Shown in pieces: positions 11,701 through 64,000 of a stretch of 64,000 bases of DNA. A model generated the notes under the pieces. It had not been told where the DNA came from. It ran no database searches and worked only from the letters and a program-made list of their open reading frames with translations. The stretch lies in contig JAQGDQ010000330.1 of NCBI GenBank assembly GCA_030141605.1, positions 62,001 to 126,000 on the forward strand. The letters are read 5' to 3'. The position numbers were made by a program, and so were the translations under genes. The DNA comes from Tubiluchus corallicola (lineage: Eukaryota > Animalia > Priapulida). Each line of letters opens with the position of its first letter. The first letter of the stretch is position 1.

Positions 11701-14323
11701 AGAGCATGTTGAAGAATTTGAAGGAAGCCGTCTGGCCAGAATACACCAGAAGTAAACGTAGTGATACAAATTTCTAATTTTTAGCATTAGATAGGCTATG
11801 CAAATTTGTAGTTTTTATCCGATCTGATTTTGCACATTAGTGCACTTAATTTCAACAGGAATAAACATATTGACCAAATTTGTCTTAAGTTTTATCAATT
11901 TTCAATTTAATTTTATTTATTAACTATGCAAGAATTATCAAATCACAGTATAAACAATACATACAACATGTCTGAAGCAAAGGAGAAGAATGGCGAAGAA
12001 CCCGCCCGATCTAGTCAGCCACCCTTAAGTAGCGAAGATTGAATAAAATTAATTTTAGCACCATTCTTAATTTAAATTTATATTAGGTTGACACGAGGCA
12101 CTTAAATAATGGAAGGCATAGTTTATTAGAAATTATTAGAAAATTATCATTATGAGTTTTTTCCAAAAGATTTTGAATTTAAATAATGTTAAGTCAAGCA
12201 TTACTTATACTAGCAAAGTTCCCAAATTCTGAAAGTTCCTCAGGCACTAATGTGTTCCTGACGTGAAGGAGTGCCTCACAATGTTGCATTTGTGTACAAA
12301 ATGCTTAGTTTTAAATACACGCTGAAATTTACTTTGAACACTATTTTACTATTGAAAACGAAAAAGTAGCTCAGAAAATCAGTGTGTTTACATACGTTTA
12401 TTTTCAATTTTACTGTAAATTTAGTATAGTTTATTATACAAAATCTGCAAAGACCATTACAGTAGCACTAGAAATATTCTACTCAATATAATGACAAAGT
12501 ATAATTTATGTGCGAAATGCCTGGCGGACGCACCTCTAGGTGGTTCAATGCAGATTCATGTTTTTTACTTAATTTAGTTTAGCACTGCAGCTTCAACGTA
12601 TTAGTCAGAAATACTAAGAGTATACCTAAGAGTCTACTTATAGTCACTAATACTACAGTAGGCGCCGCTTAATAGACTCACTTTGGGCCTGTAGCGGATA
12701 GCCCTATAGGCTGAACAGGCTGAAGCCTAAGGCCCGGGATCAAAAGGGGCCCGGCAAAATAAAACGAAAAAAATTTTTTTTTGGTAAAAAAAAATTGACA
12801 AAAGAGCAAGATAAAAAAACAAATTGACAATGCCAAAATAAAATATAGAAAATAGTTGTTTTTTTCAAATGTCAGTCACTATATTTCAAATCGGGTTTAC
12901 ACAATTTAAGTTTACACAATTCACGTTTACACAGTTTAAGTTTAAGTTCAAAATTTCAGTTTCCGAATTTTTCTGGGGGCACCACAAAGGAGCCGACGAG
13001 AGCTCCACAGAAACACCAGCTCAGCAGTGTAGCAACATTTAAAAGCCCGTTCCAAGCTCAAGCCTAAGGCCCATAAAATCATAATCCGCCGCTGCTTTGG
13101 GCCCGACGTGTTTTGACCCAATTAACCGACTAAGCCTATTAACCGATGGGTACAGTATTACTGGTATACGTATGAGTCATCAGCTTGCTATGTACTGCAA
13201 AGGTTTTTAATGAATTTTAGAAACAAAGTAATGCTTAAATTCCTTGTGCAGGTAAAAATTATAAAAAATATTTTAAAATATTAATTTATATAAGTGAATT
13301 AGCAGTAAATTAAAAAGTATACTTTTCTTTAACACAGACTTTTCTAAGTCAGTTTATTTGCAAAAATTAAAAAATTCCTTCAACGTCAGCTGTTTCATTT
13401 TCTCACGAAAACGTTGGCCTACAAAGTTCTTGTAATTATAAAAACGCTGAAAGTATGTTGTTAAGCGTGACTAAAACAGTTCTGAATCATCTGCTCACTT
13501 ACATTGCTCTTATTTGCTGTATGATGTTCACTCTTGTAAGTCACAAAGAATACAGGCTGATTATACTGTATCTGCATCTTTGACTGTTAACTCATTAAGC
13601 CTGAAAGTGTGATTTGTAACAAGAGCATCAAACAGAAACCGCTAGGCAATTAATTAAAAGTTTGGCTTCCAGGAATTCTTTGAGTAACAGTGGGCGAGTG
13701 GGTAACAGATTCAAAGCAAAATCGCTACACTAGCATATTAGCACGTGATAAACGTACCTGCTTACAAACAAAAAGCAACATCATTGCTTTTGTATACATA
13801 GTGCACAAAAGGGAAGTAAAGATGACATAAAAGTAGGAAAGGCTCTTTGGGCACATACAAGTCTTATATAAGTACGTGAAGGAAAAATATTATTGAGTCA
13901 ACTATGGGAAGTTATTTGAGTTTATAACACGTTCTAGGCGTTTTTGAGTCTATTAACCGTGAGTCTATTAAGCGGCGCCTACTGTATTATAGAATTCAGT
14001 ATTTGTGTGACATACACTGCATTTGAAAGCCTTAAGCAAAACCGGACCCAATTTTACCGTATAATTTAATACTATACTTAGGATATAAATGCGCATTTGC
14101 TATCTATTTTGCGCGAGACGGTTCTAATGTGTTCAGACAGCAAAATTGACTATCAAAGACGCACTCTAAGTTGTCCAACAGGCTAAGCGCCTGCTGTAGA
14201 TTTCAGACTCAGTCACTAATGTCACGAATCACGATCATTAACCAAGTATGCAGTGACCTATCTTTCATGAATATTGCCTTCCAAGCAATGTAAATAGATT
14301 TAACTTACAGCAAATGTATCCAT
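22..14323 (-). CDS. SGPL1: Sphingosine-1-phosphate lyase, 5' part (7 coding exons; gene continues beyond position 1)
   Basis: Exons 14323-14309, 7283-7139, 6199-6021, 4399-4280, 4062-3934, 1880-1792 and 58-22 join in frame via GT-AG sites. Recognisable motifs: EPWQI plus TM helix, [46 protein letters not shown]. Confidence 0.95.
115..465. mobile_element. Interspersed repeat family B (non-autonomous element fragment)
   Basis: Similar sequence at ~11097-11245 (direct), ~37820-38185 (inverted) and partial copies near 4750-4930 and 49410-49800. Confidence 0.65.
1792..1880 (-). CDS. SGPL1: SGPL1 exon 6 ([29 protein letters not shown])
   Basis: PLP-enzyme TSGGTES motif; cttcag| acceptor, |gtgagt donor; 89 nt. 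Confidence 0.93.
1869..1995 (-). repeat. 42-bp tandem repeat (x3) spanning the SGPL1 exon 6 acceptor
   Basis: Translates as LLQVTSG three times in ORF 1788..1988. Confidence 0.85.
3016..3724. mobile_element. piggyBac-like MITE (family C)
   Basis: Ends TTAACTCATTCAG... and ...CCTGAAGGAG. Inverted copies at ~30437-31050 and ~47880-48560 (ending GTCCTGAAAGAGTTAA); short 5' pieces at 36129 and 46608. Confidence 0.65.
3934..4062 (-). CDS. SGPL1: SGPL1 exon 5 ([17 protein letters not shown]...GGPQSCGT)
   Basis: ttgcag| acceptor, |gtaagt donor; 129 nt. Confidence 0.95.
4115..4268. repeat. Compound (GA)n/(GT)n microsatellite
   Basis: Direct reading. Confidence 0.95.
4280..4399 (-). CDS. SGPL1: SGPL1 exon 4 (KEVMSE...[10 protein letters not shown]...LAAK)
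   Basis: tttgcag| acceptor, |gtttgc donor; 120 nt. Confidence 0.92.
5086..5705. mobile_element. Kolobok-like MITE (family A), TTAA-flanked
   Basis: Ends TTAA-AGGAAGACAGG and CCAGTTTTGCT-TTAA. Copies at 18555-19181, ~28869-29449 and ~2080-2590 (inverted); fragments at ~36270, ~44290 and ~56190. Confidence 0.72.
6021..6199 (-). CDS. SGPL1: SGPL1 exon 3 (LFVRAK...IPFIRRKI...LPARGLTE)
   Basis: ttttcag| acceptor, |gtataa donor; 179 nt, phase 1->0. Confidence 0.9.
6588..7115. repeat. ~165-210-bp tandem repeat, 3 copies
   Basis: gaagcaattttcct...aaacatggctagtgctg recurs at ~6588, ~6798 and ~6962. Confidence 0.8.
7139..7283 (-). CDS. SGPL1: SGPL1 exon 2 (DVVYGY...[28 protein letters not shown]; TM anchor)
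   Basis: ttttctag| acceptor, |gtaaga donor; 145 nt; not present in the ORF track. Confidence 0.9.
7770..8521 (+). mobile_element. 5'-truncated RTE-like LINE 3' end with an internal ~91-bp tandem reiteration and a (GAA)n tail
   Basis: RRLRWVxHLMRL..[14 protein letters not shown] peptide, typical of the C-terminus of RTE-type ORF2. Confidence 0.7.
9502..10290 (+). CDS. Secreted acetylcholine-binding-protein (AChBP)-like protein: pLGIC extracellular domain only, 262 aa
   Basis: Signal peptide (aa ~1-19); W.D.RL.WDP motif; loop [11 protein letters not shown]; loop B MKVGSWNY; loop [10 protein letters not shown] with vicinal Cys; stop codon where TM1 would begin; no intron in the CDS. Confidence 0.9.
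   Translation: MRRLVEVLLLLGLLVAASASRYREHGDKYHREDDDDDQMDDDDDVHDTDHEKPDCPHFRLFRDLSHNYEKQAIPTGPDGEPVKVTFGMVARHIDVDPVKHELTLLAWGNVKWHDHRLAWDPQMYHGIDRVLMCEHHIWMPDLGIYNGLDVDFFPHHKTDVIVHSDGSIQWIPQLQFRAYAVEHTSLDAAKTFSMKVGSWNYPEALFDPELHEDVVGIDLSDHAPNHCWKIVENTAARVFDDFICCPGGYPSLRFNLTVQHTC
10343..10736. mobile_element. MITE with AATAAGCCTTTTCACAG-type inverted ends
   Basis: Inverted termini; reverse-oriented copy at ~19323-19722. Confidence 0.7.
12656..13984. mobile_element. Tc1/mariner (pogo/Tigger-like) non-autonomous element
   Basis: Perfect 26-bp TIR CAGTAGGCGCCGCTTAATAGACTCAC with TA on both sides. Confidence 0.88.
12689..13094. mobile_element. hAT-like MITE nested in the Tc1/mariner element
   Basis: 8-bp direct repeat CTTTGGGC at 12681-12688 and 13095-13102; imperfect TIR CAGCGGCGGAT. 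Confidence 0.78.
14309..14323 (-). CDS. SGPL1: SGPL1 first coding exon (MDTFA)
   Basis: gccATGG start context followed by a |gtaagt donor in phase 0, matching exon 2. Short, so inferred from phase and signals. Confidence 0.7.
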
Positions 14324-14933
14324 GGCACTTATTTGATAATTTTGAAACGAACGAATTAGACTCTAAATCAACACACACGCACAAGCTAAAAAGCTGAAAG
14401 AGTTATTTCTGTAAAGTTTGAACTGGCACGTGGCGTTTAGAGAAAATCAAAACAAAATGACTGGCGCCGCCTATTGCACTGTTTTATAAACACACGGCAG
14501 TTCATCCGTGTCATCTTCTCTGAACAAAAATAAGTGAAATTAATTAAAAAAATAAAAGCACTGTAGGAAATGAAGCATTAGCGTAGAAAAAATAAAATCC
14601 GATATCTATTCTGACCTAAACGAAAAATTTCCTGTATACCGGGTTTAGTATACTTATTCTGAACATTAACAGCGCCCATTAATGAACTTGGAAAGGGCAG
14701 CTATAATTTTATGTTTATTACTTTTACATAATTCGAGTGAAATAAACCATGAAAAATTATTAATACTGAATCATAGTAATAACAAGAAAACAATCAGTTT
14801 AAACAAACAAAATACCTTTTGGAGAGAAAGCAACTGCTTACCCACAAGACCCACAGTGACAAAAACTACTTGCACAAAAATGATATGTAGGACTATTTTC
14901 CATCATTTTTTTTTTGAATTATCTAAATATACT

Positions 14934-15120
14934 CACACTTGCTACTTTAGACACAGAGAGAAGTTGAGCAATAAGTTGCGAGAGAAGTTACCAAGCTGTT
15001 CACACTTGCGACTTTACTCTCAGAGAGAAGTTGAGCAATAAGTTGCGAAAGAAGTTGCCAAGCTGCTCTCACACTTGTGACTTTACTCACAGAGAGAAGT
15101 TGAGCAATAAGTTGAAAGAG
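14934..15120. repeat. ~67-bp tandem repeat x3 between the GBF1 stop and the SGPL1 start
   Basis: cagagagaagttgagcaataagttg recurs three times. Confidence 0.75.
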
Positions 15121-15740
15121 AAATGCCTACGTCTGAATGCACCGTAATAACCTAGATTTAATGGGTTTGCAACATCATTACAATTAAGTTTTTTCATTTG
15201 CGTTTAACCTTCAAAACGAATCTATAGTGGTGTCTAAAGATTTTATTTTCTTTGTACGAAAAACATTCAATGTGATTTCCAAAATATTGCTGCTATTGAT
15301 GTATGGATTTTGTCTTGTTGAGCCATTTACAGAAAATTTATGGTTCATCTTGCAATGCCATCTATAGGAACCTTGCACATTTAAATCAACTCCTAACTTT
15401 AAAAAAACCTTTGAAAAATTGTAAAACCAAACAAAAGCACACAAAGCATTTTAAAACACATCAGTTAAAGTCAATTTTATTTCTTTACACCTTAGTTATC
15501 GTACAATTAGTTTCTTTAGTGCTTTAGCTTTAACAATTAATTATCTTAAACTTCTTCGTGTAATACACAAAACACACATAGATAACTTTTAACTATTAAA
15601 CATACAATGATCCCAAGAACAAACTTGAAAGTAAGAATAGCTTAAATAACCTAGATATGTGAACAAGTAAACAAACACCAACTATTTATAATAAATAATA
15701 TACACAAAAATGTATTATAAAAACCACAGACTTTGACTAA

Positions 15741-16362
15741 AGTGTACAATTCCACGCACAAGAAATTAATGCGTGAAACGGATTAGGGTTTGGGTTAGGA
15801 TTAAGGTTAGGATTAGGATTAAAGTTAGGATTATGATTAGGGTTAGGGTTGAGATAGGGTTACGGTTCGACTAGGGTTAGGGTAACGGTTAGGATTAGCG
15901 TTAGGGTTAGGTTAGGATTAGGATTAAAGTTAAAGTTAGGATTAGGGTTAGGGTTAAGATTAGGATTAAGATAAAAGTTAAAGTTAGGATTACGATTAAG
16001 TAGGGTCAGGGTTTGTTTAGGATCAAAGTTAAAGTTAGGATTAGGGTTAGGATTAGCATCAGGGTTAGGGTTTGGTTAGGATTAGGATTAAAGTTAAAGT
16101 TAGGACTAGGGTTAGGGTTAGGTTAGGATTAGCATTAGGATTAAAGTTAAAGTTAGGATTAGGGTTAGGGTTAAGATTAGGGATAGCATTAGGATAGGGG
16201 TTGGGTTAGGGTTACAGCTCGACTAGGGTTAGGGTTACCGTTCGACTAGGGTTAGGTTAAGGGTTAGGCTAGGATTAGCGTCAGGGTTAGGGTTACGGTT
16301 CGAATAGGATTGGAGTTAATGTTAGGGTTACGGTATTTAAACTGTGCGGGGAATTGTAAACT
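15741..16362. mobile_element. TIR-bounded element filled with degenerate (TTAGGG)/(TTAGGA) repeats
   Basis: Left end AGTGTACAATTCCACGCACA versus reverse complement of right end AGTTTACAATTCCCCGCACA; array at 15781-16332. Confidence 0.75.
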
Positions 16363-16614
16363 CCTGTCAGAGTTTTGACATCAGAACTAAAGAACAGCAA
16401 GGCCATAAAATCCGAAAGTTAACGACGTGCTCGTTTCAATGACGACAGTGTAGCAATGCAGTTCAAAGCTTACTCGAACGTAGTAACTACAGACCAAGTG
16501 AGCATTTCATGTCATTTGCTGGTAATTAAACAATTTTAAACAGTGTGGCACTATTCTTATCAGTGTCACACACCCTTTTTGTTTGTTAATCATTTTGCTT
16601 ATTTTTTTAATTAA

Positions 16615-63839
<47,225 letters not shown>

Positions 63840-64000
63840 CTACGAAACAAGAAAACGAGTAAAATTCTCGTGTTAAGGCTGGCCACAAAAATTGTTTCTG
63901 TCTTATCTGAAGAGCTCAAAAGATGACAGCAGGGAAAGAGGAAAAATTTATTTTAAGCTTCATGAATGTTTAAAGCTGAATTGTGGAATATTTAAAATCA

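Noticed and set aside
15781-16332. True telomere or chromosome-fusion site
   Set aside because: The array is degenerate, in a single orientation, TIR-bounded and lies between two intact genes.

Overview
AT-rich, intron- and repeat-rich genomic DNA from an invertebrate animal (inferred from spliceosomal introns, TTAGGG-type repeats and an AChBP-like gene). Two spliced genes lie head-to-tail on the minus strand. The first is the 3' ~33 exons of the Arf-GEF GBF1 (63839->16615, 5' end outside the window). The second is the first 7 coding exons of sphingosine-1-phosphate lyase SGPL1 (14323->22, continuing beyond the window). I traced every exon by hand and all splice phases are consistent. Nested antisense in SGPL1 intron 1 is a single-exon ORF for a secreted acetylcholine-binding-protein (AChBP)-like protein. 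It lacks the Cys-loop cysteines, carries an Asp/His-rich N-terminal arm and has extra cysteines. The most striking structural signal is five independent tandem arrays (units of 42, 44, 33, 29 and 32 bp) whose unit straddles a real exon-intron junction, placing up to ~85 reiterated splice-donor copies directly behind a GBF1 exon. Also present: a GC-AG intron inside the Sec7 catalytic motif, two minimal Penelope-type hammerhead motifs, a 5S-derived SINE, a MITE filled with telomere-like repeats, nested MITEs and LINE fragments. Most ORFs in the supplied track are repeat or antisense artefacts.
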